A stretch of 63,425 nt of DNA, counting the filler, from a bacterium (lineage in GTDB: Bacteria; JADJOY01), in assembly GCA_046331705.1 (NCBI GenBank). It is 3 parts of 3 records of this genome, joined end to end, with 100 filler letters (N's around TTAATTAATTAA, not from the genome) between each part and the next. Parts side by side here need not be neighbours in the genome. Positions count along the whole stretch, not along the records: positions 1 to 22,464 come from JAXLQJ010000086.1; 2 more parts are not named here. One strand, 5' to 3'. The translations under genes were made by a program, and so were the position numbers. The stretch's first letter is position 1. The number at the start of each line of letters is the position of its first letter. Positions 1 to 9,491 of this stretch are shown piece by piece. The notes beneath the pieces were generated by a model that was not told where the DNA came from, searched no databases, and saw only the letters and a program-made list of their open reading frames with translations.

Positions 1-119
1 GGCGGCGCCGTCGTCGTCGCGGCCACCGGCTGGAGCTCGACACGCCCGCTTCAGGCCGCGGGCGTCGTCGGTGTGTCGTCGCTCGCCCGGATCGTCCGAT
101 GCCGAGCGAGGAGAATCGG

Positions 120-194
120 TGGTGGGCGCTCCGGGATTCGAACCCGGGACTTCCACCGTGTGAGGATGGCACTCTCCCGCTGAGTTAAGCGCCC
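120..194 (-). tRNA. tRNA-Val(CAC)
   Basis: Reverse complement GGGCGCTTAACTCAGCGGGAGAGTG-CCATC-CTCACAC-GGTGG-AAGTCCCGGGTTCGAATCCCGGAGCGCCCACCA: cloverleaf, anticodon CAC, TTCGAAT T-loop, encoded CCA. Confidence 0.96.
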
Positions 195-222
195 GATTTT
201 CGCCAGAAGCGAAGAGCGGCCG

Positions 223-251
223 AACATAGCGGAGGCCCCCGTACGCGTCAA
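223..251 (-). promoter_or_regulatory. sigma-70-type promoter for tRNA-Val
   Basis: TTGACG-17 nt-TATGTT on the minus strand ~30 nt upstream of the tRNA. Confidence 0.6.
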
Positions 252-1054
252 CGAAGTGCGGTTCCTGGCGTGGTGTCGGGCGCGCGCACCAGCTCGGCGC
301 AGCGACGTTGGGCGCGATCGTCGTCGGCGAAGCGCGTGCGATCGGGGTCGGGTGCGAGCGGCTGTTCGGCGCACGCACGCAGATGCTCGGTTGCGGTGAC
401 CCGATCCCGCCACGGCAACAGCACCCGCTCGGCGTACTCGAGACGCGCGTCGAGCAGGCTCGGATCGACGTCCAGCGCCGCCTCGAAATAGGCCGCCGCG
501 CGTTCCAGCTCCGGCGCGTCGGCGCGCCCGCCTCCGGCCAGCGCGTAGGTCTCCGCGAGCGCGGCGAGCGCCGCGCCCGATCCGAAGGCACGGTCCGCCG
601 CGACCACCGAGGCCAGCAGCCGACGAGCCTCGGCGAGCACCTCGCCACCGGTCGCGCCGACGCGGTAACGATCGAGAAGGATCCGAGCCACCAGGTAGCG
701 CGCCGCGGGATCGGCGGGTGCCGACTCGAGCGCGCCACGCGCCCAGCTCTCGGCGCGAGCGAGCTCGCGGCCCCGTTCCTCGGACGAGCCGAGCGCCAGC
801 GCGACGTTCCGGCTCGCCCGCGCCGCCGCCAGCCACTCGGCGCCGCCGCCGTGCTCGAGCCGCGCCACGGACGCGTCGCGGCGCGCGCGCCACCCCGCGA
901 GATCGGCAGAGTCCCCGGCGAAACGGGACACTTGCGCAGGTGGCTCCGCGCCGTGCGCGGCACTCGTCTCGGGTGCGCCCGACTGCGACGCACAGCGCGC
1001 GGCGGCGAGCGGCACCACCACGCAGAGCCCGGCGAGCGCGCGGCGCCGCTTCAC
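248..1054 (-). CDS. Putative helical/TPR-like lipoprotein (resembles TRAP-associated TatT-type proteins)
   Basis: GTG start overlaps upstream TGA (GTGA); VKRRR plus hydrophobic stretch ending in Cys; helical repeats (ERAAAYFEAALDVDPSLLDARLEYAE). Confidence 0.55.
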   Translation of the reverse strand: MKRRRALAGLCVVVPLAAARCASQSGAPETSAAHGAEPPAQVSRFAGDSADLAGWRARRDASVARLEHGGGAEWLAAARASRNVALALGSSEERGRELARAESWARGALESAPADPAARYLVARILLDRYRVGATGGEVLAEARRLLASVVAADRAFGSGAALAALAETYALAGGGRADAPELERAAAYFEAALDVDPSLLDARLEYAERVLLPWRDRVTATEHLRACAEQPLAPDPDRTRFADDDRAQRRCAELVRAPDTTPGTALR

Positions 1055-2259
1055 GCGAAGGCGCCGGCTTTCTCGAGAGCGTCGATCTCGTCCGCGCCGA
1101 GCCCGATCTCCCGCAACACGTCGTGGGTGTGCTCGCCCCATTTGGGTGGCATGCGGCCGACTCCGGCCGGCGTCTCGGAGAGCTTGATCGGACAGGCCGG
1201 CTGCCGTACGGGGCCGATCTCCGGATGATCGAGCTCCCACACCATCTCGCGGGCCACCGCCTGCGGGTGTGCGAACGCCTCCGCGACGTCGAGCACGGGC
1301 TCGAAGCAGCAATCGACGTCCTTCAGAAGCTCCACCCACTCGTCACGCGTCTTCGACTGGAAGAGCGCGATCAGCTCGGCGAGCACCCACTCGCGGCGCT
1401 CGCCGTCGGCGAAGGCCTCGTTGAGCAGATCCTGCCTGCCGACGGCATTCACGAACGCGGTCCAGAACTGGGGCTCGAGCGCTCCGAGCGAGACGGCCTT
1501 GCCGTCCTTGGTCTCGTACACGCGATAGCACACCGCTTGACCGTTGAGCGTGAACCCCTCGCGCGCCGGCACCTCGCCGCTCGCGAGATACGCACCCGCG
1601 GTCATGGCGAGCAGCGAGATCGAGCCGTCCAGCATCGAGATGTCCACGAACTGCCCTTCGCCGGTGCGATTGCGGTGAACGATCGCCGCCAGGATGCCCG
1701 CCACCGCCATCAAGCCGCCACCGGCGATGTCGGCCACCTGCACGCCGTACACCGGCGGGGGGCTCGACGCCCACCCCGAGATGCCCGTCACGCCGGCCAG
1801 GCTCAGGTAGTTGAGATCGTGTCCCGCGCGGTCGCGCCACGGGCCATCCTGCCCGTACCCCGTGAGCGCGCAATAGATGAGACGCGGGTTGCGCTGCTTG
1901 AGCGCCTCGTAGCCCACGCCGAGCCGATCCATCACACCGGGGCGGAACTGCTCGATGAGCACGTCGTAGTGCTCGACCAGCTTGAGCAGCACCTCGCGCG
2001 CGGCGGGGCGCTTGAGGTTGAGGGTCATCGAACGCTTGCCGCGATTGAGCGTCATGAAGCGAGCGCTCTCGCTGCCGACGAAGGGCGGTGTCATGCGCGT
2101 GTAATCGCCCTTGATCGGGTCCTCCACCTTCAGCACCTCGGCGCCCAGGTCGGCGAGCAAGAGCGTCGCGTAAGGCCCCGGCAGCAAACGGCTGAGATCG
2201 AGAATCCGCACGCCGGCGAGGGCGCCGGGCTTGGTCGCGGTGGGCGCGGGCTTGGACAT
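1051..2259 (-). CDS. CaiB/BaiF family III CoA-transferase (AMACR-like)
   Basis: LAGVRILDLSRLLPGPYATLLLADLGAEVLKVE, LNRGKRS, GHDLNY, VADIAGG motifs; GGGGAG RBS before ATG 2259. Confidence 0.93.
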   Translation of the reverse strand: MSKPAPTATKPGALAGVRILDLSRLLPGPYATLLLADLGAEVLKVEDPIKGDYTRMTPPFVGSESARFMTLNRGKRSMTLNLKRPAAREVLLKLVEHYDVLIEQFRPGVMDRLGVGYEALKQRNPRLIYCALTGYGQDGPWRDRAGHDLNYLSLAGVTGISGWASSPPPVYGVQVADIAGGGLMAVAGILAAIVHRNRTGEGQFVDISMLDGSISLLAMTAGAYLASGEVPAREGFTLNGQAVCYRVYETKDGKAVSLGALEPQFWTAFVNAVGRQDLLNEAFADGERREWVLAELIALFQSKTRDEWVELLKDVDCCFEPVLDVAEAFAHPQAVAREMVWELDHPEIGPVRQPACPIKLSETPAGVGRMPPKWGEHTHDVLREIGLGADEIDALEKAGAFA

Positions 2260-2380
2260 GAGTGGCACTCCCCGATGGGCTCGCGAGCGAGCCCCGTTGC
2301 GTGTGGCGTCCGTCAGGAGCGACGAAGGGCGGGACGTTTCCGCCCCGCCCTCGTCTCGCGAACGTCTTGCGACGCTCGAC

Positions 2381-2713
2381 TCAGCCCTTGAGCACCTGGC
2401 CGAGCTTCATGGCCTTGCTCATGTCGCCCTTGATGCGGAGCTTGCCCGACATGAACGCCACCTGCGGATTGAGCTTGCCGGTATCGATGTCCAGGAAGTC
2501 CTGGGCCGCGACGGTGATCGTGCACTCGGCGTTGCCAGCGTCACCGGCGGTCACGCCCGGGTTCTCGCCCTTGAGATCGACCGTCCACTTGCCGCCGCCG
2601 TCACCGGTGACGTCGAACAGGTACACCGCGTTGACGGTCTTCGACTTGGCCGGATCCTTGGCGACGCGGCCCGCGATGTCGCCCTCGAAAATGTCCTTGC
2701 AGGTCTTCGACAT
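2381..2713 (-). CDS. SCP2 sterol/lipid-binding domain protein
   Basis: FDVTGDGGGKWTVDL...LNPQVAFMSGKLRIKGDMSKAMKL signature; 110 aa. Confidence 0.9.
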   Translation of the reverse strand: MSKTCKDIFEGDIAGRVAKDPAKSKTVNAVYLFDVTGDGGGKWTVDLKGENPGVTAGDAGNAECTITVAAQDFLDIDTGKLNPQVAFMSGKLRIKGDMSKAMKLGQVLKG

Positions 2714-2919
2714 GGCCCCTTCTCCTCGCTGCACCTACCGGTATACGGCCGAGCGGGATTGCTCGCGCCCCCTACGATCAATCCCACTCTGGGGTGATTG
2801 ATTCGTCAATCGGTTTCGTAGCCCGAACCGACGTGGCCTGTCAAGCAGGCCCGTGGAGCGGGCGCGGCGTGAGGCTGCGGCGACGGGTCACCCGGCGTCG
2901 GAAACCGGGCCGGGCTTCG

Positions 2920-4713
2920 TCATTCGCCGGCGGAGGCGTACATCGAGTCCAGCACGGCTTGATACTTGGTCGTCACGACCTTGCGCTTCACCTTCAGCGT
3001 GGGCGTGAGGTCGCCGGTCTCGACCGAGAAATCCTGCGGCACGATCCGGAAGTACTTCACCTGCTCGAAGCTCGCGAGCTTCTTGTTGACCTCGTCCACC
3101 ACCGCCTGGATCTTCGCGATCATCTTCGGGTCGTTGGCCAGCGCGCTCGGCGAGCTGTCCGCGATGCCGTTCGTCTTCGCCCACGCCGGGCCCTGCTCGG
3201 GGTCCAAGGTCACGAGCGCCACGACGTATTTGCGCTTGTCGCCGTACGCCATCGCCTGGCTGATCAGCGGGTCGTTCTTGAGCAGGTTCTCGATGTTCTG
3301 CGGCGCGATGTTCTTGCCCGCCGAGGTGACGATGAGGTCCTTCTTGCGATCGGTGATCTTGAGGAAGCCATCGCCGTCGATCTCGCCGATGTCGCCGGTC
3401 GCGAACCAGCCGTCGGCGAGGAAGGCATCCTTGGTGTCCTGGTCCCGCTTGTAGTAACCGAGCGCGATGTTGGCGCCGCGCCCCAGGATCTCGCCGTCGG
3501 GCGCGATCTTGAGCTCGACGCCCGGCAGCGCCGGTCCGACGGTGCCGAACTTGTAGTGCTCGGGCCGATTCACCGTGAGCACCGGGCAGGTCTCGGTGAG
3601 GCCGTAGCCCTCGAGGATGAGCAGCCCCGCGGCGTGGAAGAACTCGCCGATCTCCCGCGCCAGCGGCGCTCCGCCCGAGATGAAGTACTTGAGGCGCCCG
3701 CCGAGCTTGTCGTGGAGCTTCGAGAACACGAGCTTGGTGGCGATCCGATACTGGAGCGCGAGCAGCGGCGGGATGGGCTGACGCGCGAGCTTGAGCTGGC
3801 TCACCTGCCGGCCCACGTCGAGCGACCAGGCGAACACCTTCTGCTTGAGCGGCGGCCCTTGCTGCGCGCCGGCCAGGACCTTCGCGTAGATCTTCTCGTA
3901 GATGCGTGGCACCGAGAACACGATCGTGGGGCGCACCTCGGCGAGGTTCTCGACCACGGTCTCGATGCGCTCGGCGAAGGCGGTGGTGGTGCCGACGCGA
4001 AGCTGCGTGTACTCCTCGAGACGCGCGAACGAATGCGCGAGCGGCAGGAACAGGAGGTCGACGTCGTCCTCGGAGCCCAGCCCGATCGACGCCGCCGCTT
4101 GCGTGGCCGCCAGGTGGTTGGCGTGCGTCTGGACCACGCCCTTGGGATTGCCGGTGGTGCCCGAGGTGTAGACGATGGTCGCGACCTGATTGGGCTGGAT
4201 CGCCTCCAGCCGGGCGCGCATCTCCGCCTCGTCCCGCTTCTTCCCGCGGGCGACGAGCTGCTCGAAGCTCACGATCGTGTCCGAGAGCTTGCAGCCCGAG
4301 GGGTCGATCACCAGGAACGTCCTCACCTGCGGGATGTCGGTCTTGATCTTGAGCGCCTTCTGAAGCTGCGCCTTGTCCTCGACGATGAGGAACTTCGACT
4401 CGGAGTCGTTGATGACGTACTGGGTCTGCTCGGGTAGCAGCGAGGGATAGATCGGAATGGTGACGCCGCCGGCGCTCAAGATGCCGAGGTCGCCGCGAAC
4501 CCATTCCGGACGGCTCTGCGACAACAGCGCCACCGCGTCTCCGGGCTGGTGTCCGAGATCGATCAGGCCGAGCGCGATCCCCTTCACCTCCTCGCCGACC
4601 TGGCGCCACGACGCCTCGAGCCATTGGCCGTAGCGTTTGCTGCGCTGCATCGGCCGGTCGGGGTGCTTGGCGACCCGATTCCAGAAAAGGTCGGGGATGC
4701 TGCGTTCGGTCAT
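2920..4713 (-). CDS. Long-chain fatty acid-CoA ligase (FadD/FAA1-type AMP-binding enzyme)
   Basis: YTSGTTGNPKG, FLPLAHSF, EGYGLTE, GWFATGDIG, ITDRKKDLIVTSAGKNIAP; real start MTERSIPD lies inside the 1270-aa track ORF. Confidence 0.93.
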   Translation of the reverse strand: MTERSIPDLFWNRVAKHPDRPMQRSKRYGQWLEASWRQVGEEVKGIALGLIDLGHQPGDAVALLSQSRPEWVRGDLGILSAGGVTIPIYPSLLPEQTQYVINDSESKFLIVEDKAQLQKALKIKTDIPQVRTFLVIDPSGCKLSDTIVSFEQLVARGKKRDEAEMRARLEAIQPNQVATIVYTSGTTGNPKGVVQTHANHLAATQAAASIGLGSEDDVDLLFLPLAHSFARLEEYTQLRVGTTTAFAERIETVVENLAEVRPTIVFSVPRIYEKIYAKVLAGAQQGPPLKQKVFAWSLDVGRQVSQLKLARQPIPPLLALQYRIATKLVFSKLHDKLGGRLKYFISGGAPLAREIGEFFHAAGLLILEGYGLTETCPVLTVNRPEHYKFGTVGPALPGVELKIAPDGEILGRGANIALGYYKRDQDTKDAFLADGWFATGDIGEIDGDGFLKITDRKKDLIVTSAGKNIAPQNIENLLKNDPLISQAMAYGDKRKYVVALVTLDPEQGPAWAKTNGIADSSPSALANDPKMIAKIQAVVDEVNKKLASFEQVKYFRIVPQDFSVETGDLTPTLKVKRKVVTTKYQAVLDSMYASAGE

Positions 4714-4845
4714 GGGCGTCCTCTCGTGCTGAAAATCGCCGCGGATCGCGGCAGTGTGCGGACTGAGGGAAATGCGTGTCAACCGCATTGCGCGCTTTGC
4801 CCGCCTCGAAAACGCTCTGGTACGCTCGCGCGCGGAGCCGTCCGA

Positions 4846-6618
4846 ATGACTCGCGCGCGTCGTGCCCCGCTTCGCTTTCGCCGCGTGACGAGTGCCGTTC
4901 TGGCGGCGGCGGTGTGCCTGGTCGGAGCGCTCGCGCGCGCCGCAGGACCGCCGCCGGCGGCGCCCAGACCTGCGGCCCATCGCGTCGTGGTGCTGCCCTA
5001 CTGGAACACCACGCCCGGCGATCTCGGCGCCCTCGGCGAGGGGATCGCCCGGGCGCTGACGCGGGACACCAGCAAGCTCGCGCAGCTGCCGCGCGTCGCG
5101 GTCGTTCCCACCGCCGAGGTGGACGCGGCGATCCAACGCGGCCTCAGCGCAGCCGAGCGCGACGCCTTCGCGCAGCTCCTCGCCAAGGGCGATCCGGAGG
5201 CCGCGTTGCCGCTGCTCACCAGCGTGGCGAAGGCCGCCAACGCGCGGCTGCTGGTGGTCGGCACGCTGGCGAGCGTGGGCGGCGCCGCGAGCGGCGGCGC
5301 GCAAGTGCAAGTCGAGACCTGGCTGCTCGCGCGCTCCGAGGACGGGCCCCTCGAGGAGCCCGTGCGCCACGTCTTTCGGGCGCCACGTGGGCGCAGCGCG
5401 GCCGAGCTCGCCAATCAGGTGGGCCAGGACGAATGGTGGACGAGCGCGCCCGAGCTCGACTGGTTCACGCGCCTCGGCACGCTGCACCCCGACGAGACCC
5501 AGAAACGAATCCTCAACCTCACCGCGGACGCGAAGAAGGATCGAATGAGTCTCGTGGAGCGCGTGTTCCCCGAGGAGTTCCTGCACGCGCAGACCTGCAA
5601 CATCACCCCCGAGCAGATGCGCGACGCGACGCTCGCCACCGAGCAGCTCACCCAACGCATGGAGCCCACGAATCCGCGCTCCCACAACTACCGCGGGCTG
5701 GTCGAGTACTGCGGCAAGAACGAGCCGCAGGCACTGCGCTACTTCGAGAAGGCATCCGCGCTCGACGCGTCGTTTCCCGACGCTTGGTACAACGCCGGCT
5801 GGATCTACTGGAGCGCGTACCAGCTCGGCCACGGCGCGGACGATCTCGACCGCGCGTTCCAATCGTTCTCCAAGGCCGTCGAGGCCGAGCCCGGCTTCGC
5901 CGAGGCGCGCGCCAAGCGCGGCCTCGCGTGGTTGGCGAAGGGCGATCCGCGCAAGGCCGAGGTGGATCTGCTCGCCGCCACGCGCGAGGATCGCGACAAC
6001 CCGGACGTGCTCATGGGTCGCTGCCAGCTCGCGGTCGCCGCCAAGCGCCCCGACTCGGCCAACGAGCTGTGCACGGCGGCGGTGCGCGCCGATCCCAAGC
6101 TCGTCGAGGCGCGCAAGATCCTGGGCGACGTGGCCCGCGATCGCAAGCTCACCGCCGCCGCCATCGAGGCCTACCGCGCCGCGTACGCTCAGAAGCCCGA
6201 TTTCGCCGAGGCGCGCGTCGCGCTGATCGAGCTCTTCTTCCAGGAGAAGCGCTACCGCGAGGCACGGATCGAGGCCGACGCCATGATCGCGGCGATCCCC
6301 AAGCACTCGGTGCCGCACTACTGGATCGGCAAGATCTGCGAGGAAGGCGATCAGAACTACGCCTGCGCGGAAGCCGCGTACCAGCAGGCGCTGGCGATGG
6401 ATCGCAACTGGGTCACGCTCCGCGACGACATCGCGCGGGTACGCGCCAAACGCGGGCCGGATGCGCGGCCGGCCACCGCCGCCGACATCCCCGCGGCGGC
6501 GCCACTGGAGCCTCCCAGCAAGCCGAGCGCCGCGGCCCGAGACGGCGCGCGCGGCGAACCCACGCGCGAGAGCTACGAAGAGTTCTTGCGGCGATACAAC
6601 CAGAGCAAGAAGCCGTGA
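4846..6618 (+). CDS. Secreted TPR-repeat protein with CsgG/TolB-N-like N-terminal region
   Basis: Signal peptide; RVVVLPYWN...ARLLVVGTL; repeated TPR units (FEKASALDASFPDAWYNAG, AVEAEPGFAEARAKRG). Confidence 0.75.
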   Translation: MTRARRAPLRFRRVTSAVLAAAVCLVGALARAAGPPPAAPRPAAHRVVVLPYWNTTPGDLGALGEGIARALTRDTSKLAQLPRVAVVPTAEVDAAIQRGLSAAERDAFAQLLAKGDPEAALPLLTSVAKAANARLLVVGTLASVGGAASGGAQVQVETWLLARSEDGPLEEPVRHVFRAPRGRSAAELANQVGQDEWWTSAPELDWFTRLGTLHPDETQKRILNLTADAKKDRMSLVERVFPEEFLHAQTCNITPEQMRDATLATEQLTQRMEPTNPRSHNYRGLVEYCGKNEPQALRYFEKASALDASFPDAWYNAGWIYWSAYQLGHGADDLDRAFQSFSKAVEAEPGFAEARAKRGLAWLAKGDPRKAEVDLLAATREDRDNPDVLMGRCQLAVAAKRPDSANELCTAAVRADPKLVEARKILGDVARDRKLTAAAIEAYRAAYAQKPDFAEARVALIELFFQEKRYREARIEADAMIAAIPKHSVPHYWIGKICEEGDQNYACAEAAYQQALAMDRNWVTLRDDIARVRAKRGPDARPATAADIPAAAPLEPPSKPSAAARDGARGEPTRESYEEFLRRYNQSKKP

Positions 6619-6640
6619 CGCGGGCGCGGCGAGGCGGCGC

Positions 6641-7255
6641 GTGAAGCGCATCGGCCTCACGGGCGGCATCGGCTGCGGGAAGTCGACGGTGCTCGCGCTC
6701 TTCCGCGAGCTCGGCGCTGCCATCGTCGACACCGATCAGGTCGCGCGCGACGTGGTCGCACCGGGGACCCGAGGCCTCGCCAAGATCGTGGCGACGTTCG
6801 GGCGCGAGGTGCTGCTCGCCGATGGCTCGCTCGATCGCGCCAAGCTGGCCGCACGCGTCTTCCAGGACCCGCAGGCGCGCCGCAAGCTCGAGGCGATCAC
6901 GCACCCGCTGATTCGGCGCGCGCTGATGCTACGGTTCGTGCGCTTGGCCCTGGCGCGCGTGCCGGTGGTGATCGTCGAGGCGCCGTTGCTCTTCGAGACC
7001 GGCGGCGCGGGGCGCTTCCACGAGACGGTGGCGGTGATCGCGGACGAGCGCGTGATCCACGAGCGGCTGCGGGCGCGCAACGGCTGGTCGGACGACGAGA
7101 TTCGCGCCCGCCTCGCGAGCCAGCTGCCGCTCGCGGAGAAGGCGCGGCGCGCCACCCACGTGATCGAGAACTCGGGCGATCTCGAGGCGGCGCGGCGACG
7201 GGTCCGCGAGCTGATGGAGCGGTGGACGGGTGCCTCCGGCACCGCGCACCGCTGA
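6641..7255 (+). CDS. coaE: Dephospho-CoA kinase
   Basis: VKRIGLTGGIGCGKSTV P-loop, LDRAKLAARVF, LEAITHPLI, EAPLLFE, VIENSG. Confidence 0.95.
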   Translation: MKRIGLTGGIGCGKSTVLALFRELGAAIVDTDQVARDVVAPGTRGLAKIVATFGREVLLADGSLDRAKLAARVFQDPQARRKLEAITHPLIRRALMLRFVRLALARVPVVIVEAPLLFETGGAGRFHETVAVIADERVIHERLRARNGWSDDEIRARLASQLPLAEKARRATHVIENSGDLEAARRRVRELMERWTGASGTAHR

Positions 7256-7271
7256 TCGCCGTCCGAGACCG

Positions 7272-7310
7272 GAAACGAAGAACGCCGGCCCCGAGGGCCG
7301 GCGTTTCGTC
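7272..7310. terminator. Bidirectional intrinsic terminator between coaE and the pilin gene
   Basis: AACGCCGGCCC-CGA-GGGCCGGCGTT hairpin with T-rich tails on both strands, between convergent genes. Confidence 0.75.
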
Positions 7311-7332
7311 GCGCGTGCAGCGCGAGGCGGGC

Positions 7333-7911
7333 TTACTGCAAGCCGATGGTGAACGTGCGCTCTTGACCACCCAGATCGTCGGGGTCACGGGCCTGGACCG
7401 ACATGACCTGCAGCACGTCGGTGCCCATGAAGAGGACCTGGCAGCTTTCGAGATCGCCAGCGTTCGCGACGTAGTTCGGCGCCCCCGAGTTCGAGTTCTG
7501 CATGAAAACCGGCACGCTCTTGTTGCGCGGATTGCGGTCTTCGTCGCCGTGGGCTCGAATCACGATGTCGATGACTTCCGTGGAGGTGAAGATGAGGTCG
7601 TCGAGGGCGTTGTGGATTTCCGAGTCGAGCGCATGGAAGAGGCGGTCGCATTCCTTGCCGCGCGCCTTCTCCCGCATGCCGAGGATCTGCGGCGCCGCGA
7701 GCGCGGCGATGATGAGCAGCACGGCGATGACCGCGAGCAGCTCGATCAGCGAGTAGCCCGCCTGCCGAGCTCGACTTCGCCGCCGGCTGCCGCCAGCGCG
7801 ACTCGGTCCATCGGCGTCCCCGCTCGCAAGCGCGTCGTTCGAACCGTTCGGGTTCGTCTCGCCGCACCGATCGGACGATCGATCGGTGCTTGTGGCATTG
7901 GGATCTGCCAT
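7333..7911 (-). CDS. Type IV pilin-like protein (prepilin N-methylation motif)
   Basis: RRRSRARQAG|YSLIELLAVIAVLLIIAALAAP class III signal with Glu at +5; 52-aa leader if ATG 7911 is used. Confidence 0.85.
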   Translation of the reverse strand: MADPNATSTDRSSDRCGETNPNGSNDALASGDADGPSRAGGSRRRSRARQAGYSLIELLAVIAVLLIIAALAAPQILGMREKARGKECDRLFHALDSEIHNALDDLIFTSTEVIDIVIRAHGDEDRNPRNKSVPVFMQNSNSGAPNYVANAGDLESCQVLFMGTDVLQVMSVQARDPDDLGGQERTFTIGLQ

Positions 7912-7976
7912 CGATCCTGCCTCCAACGCGGTTTGCAACGGAATGAGGGGTACGAACGATCCTACAGATGCGGCAA

Positions 7977-7992
7977 AGCAAGATCAATGCCC
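7977..7992 (-). promoter_or_regulatory. sigma-54 (-24/-12) promoter upstream of the pilin gene
   Basis: Minus strand GGGCATTGATCTTGCT = GG-N10-GC with TTGC -12 box. Confidence 0.75.
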
Positions 7993-8103
7993 CGGACAGC
8001 GACTCACGGTGACGGATGCCCCCCAGGGAAGTGGCATGATCCCGGATCGACTCGGCGGGTCGTGGTCGGGCGCACGGGACCGCGACGTGGCAATTTGCGA
8101 GCG

Positions 8104-8120
8104 TGTCGCACTCTGCAACA
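8104..8120. promoter_or_regulatory. Putative enhancer (UAS) for a sigma-54 activator
   Basis: TGTCGCA-CTC-TGCAACA imperfect palindrome (TGT-N11-ACA) ~110 nt upstream of the -24 box. Confidence 0.55.
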
Positions 8121-8131
8121 GATCGAGCCCA

Positions 8132-9487
8132 TCAGCCGGTCTCGTCCAACCCGTAGCGCTTGAGCTTCCGATAGAGCGTACTGCGATCGATCCCGAGCAG
8201 CTTGGCGGCCTTCGCCTTGTCGCCGTTGGTGCGGCGCAGCGCGCGCTCGATCGCCTCCCGCTCCAGCGAATCGATCGCGAGATTCGAGTCCGCCGAGGGC
8301 GCACCTTCCCCCCGCCAGTCGACCACGTGGCGCGGCAGATCGCTCGGCTCGAGCGTGCCGCGCGCGCCCAGGGCAACGGCCCGCTCGATCACGTTCTCGA
8401 GCTCGCGCACGTTGCCGGGCCAGGGGTACCGCATGAGCTTGTCGAGCACGGCCGGGGACGCGCGCAGCGTCTCGCCATCGCGCTGGTGGCAAGCCAGGAA
8501 ATGATCGACCAGCATCGGAACGTCCTGCGGTCGCTCGCGCAGCGGCGGCACGCGCACCTGCACCACGTGCAGGCGGTAGAAGAGGTCTTGGCGGAACGTG
8601 CCGTTGCGCACCGCTTGCTCGAGGTCGCGGTTGGTGGCCGCCAGGAACCGGACGTCGACCTCGTGATAGTTGGTGCTGCCGACGGGGCGGATCGCCTTCT
8701 CCTGGATCGCCCGCAAGAGCTGCGTCTGCGTGTCGAGCGGCAGCTCGCCGACCTCGTCGAGAAACACCGTGCCGCCCGTCGCCCAGCGGATCAGCCCTTC
8801 GGTGGACTGGGTCGCGCCGGTGAACGCACCGCGCACGTGCCCGAAGAGCTCGCTCTGGATCAGGTTCGGGTGGATCGATCCACAGTCCACGGTCACGAAC
8901 CGCTTGCCCTGTCGACGACTCACGTCGTGGATGGCGCGCGCGATCAGCTCCTTGCCGGTGCCGCTCTCGCCCTGGATCAAGATCGTGGACTCGCTGGGGC
9001 CCGCGCGGCGGATCACGTCCAGGATCTCGAGCATCGCCGGCGAGGATCCGACGATCGGACCGAACTGACCGCTGCCCCGCGTGGCGCGCATGAGCCGATG
9101 GCTCTCGAGCGACTTGCCCCGCTGGGCGAGCAGATTGCCCAGCACGCGCTCCACGTCGGCGGCGCCGAACGGCTTGGCCAGGTAATCGAACGCGCCGTTG
9201 CGGACCGCGTCGATCGCCGAGGGGATGGTACCGAACGCCGTCATCATCACGACTTCCACGTTGCGGTCGTGGCGCTTGATCTCCTTGAGCAGCTCGAGAC
9301 CATCCATCTCCGGCATCATGTAGTCGATCATCGCGATGTCCGGCGGAGCGAGCTCGCACACCTCGAGCGCCGCGCGGGCGGACGCGACGACCTCGACGTC
9401 CGCGCCCAGCGCCCGCACCATCAGCGAGCACGCGTAGCCGTGGTCGTCGCGGTCGTCGACCACCAGGACGCGATAGCCCTCGAGCAT
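8132..9487 (-). CDS. sigma-54-dependent response regulator (REC-AAA+-Fis HTH; PilR/NtrC-like)
   Basis: REC (VVDD, IDYMMP), [65 protein letters not shown]. Confidence 0.95.
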   Translation of the reverse strand: MLEGYRVLVVDDRDDHGYACSLMVRALGADVEVVASARAALEVCELAPPDIAMIDYMMPEMDGLELLKEIKRHDRNVEVVMMTAFGTIPSAIDAVRNGAFDYLAKPFGAADVERVLGNLLAQRGKSLESHRLMRATRGSGQFGPIVGSSPAMLEILDVIRRAGPSESTILIQGESGTGKELIARAIHDVSRRQGKRFVTVDCGSIHPNLIQSELFGHVRGAFTGATQSTEGLIRWATGGTVFLDEVGELPLDTQTQLLRAIQEKAIRPVGSTNYHEVDVRFLAATNRDLEQAVRNGTFRQDLFYRLHVVQVRVPPLRERPQDVPMLVDHFLACHQRDGETLRASPAVLDKLMRYPWPGNVRELENVIERAVALGARGTLEPSDLPRHVVDWRGEGAPSADSNLAIDSLEREAIERALRRTNGDKAKAAKLLGIDRSTLYRKLKRYGLDETG

Positions 9488-9491
9488 CGGA

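Noticed and set aside
2920-6732. 1270-aa track ORF suggesting a giant acyl-CoA ligase fusion
   Set aside because: The N-terminal ~670 aa are the antisense shadow of the TPR gene and the start of coaE; the ligase begins at 4713.
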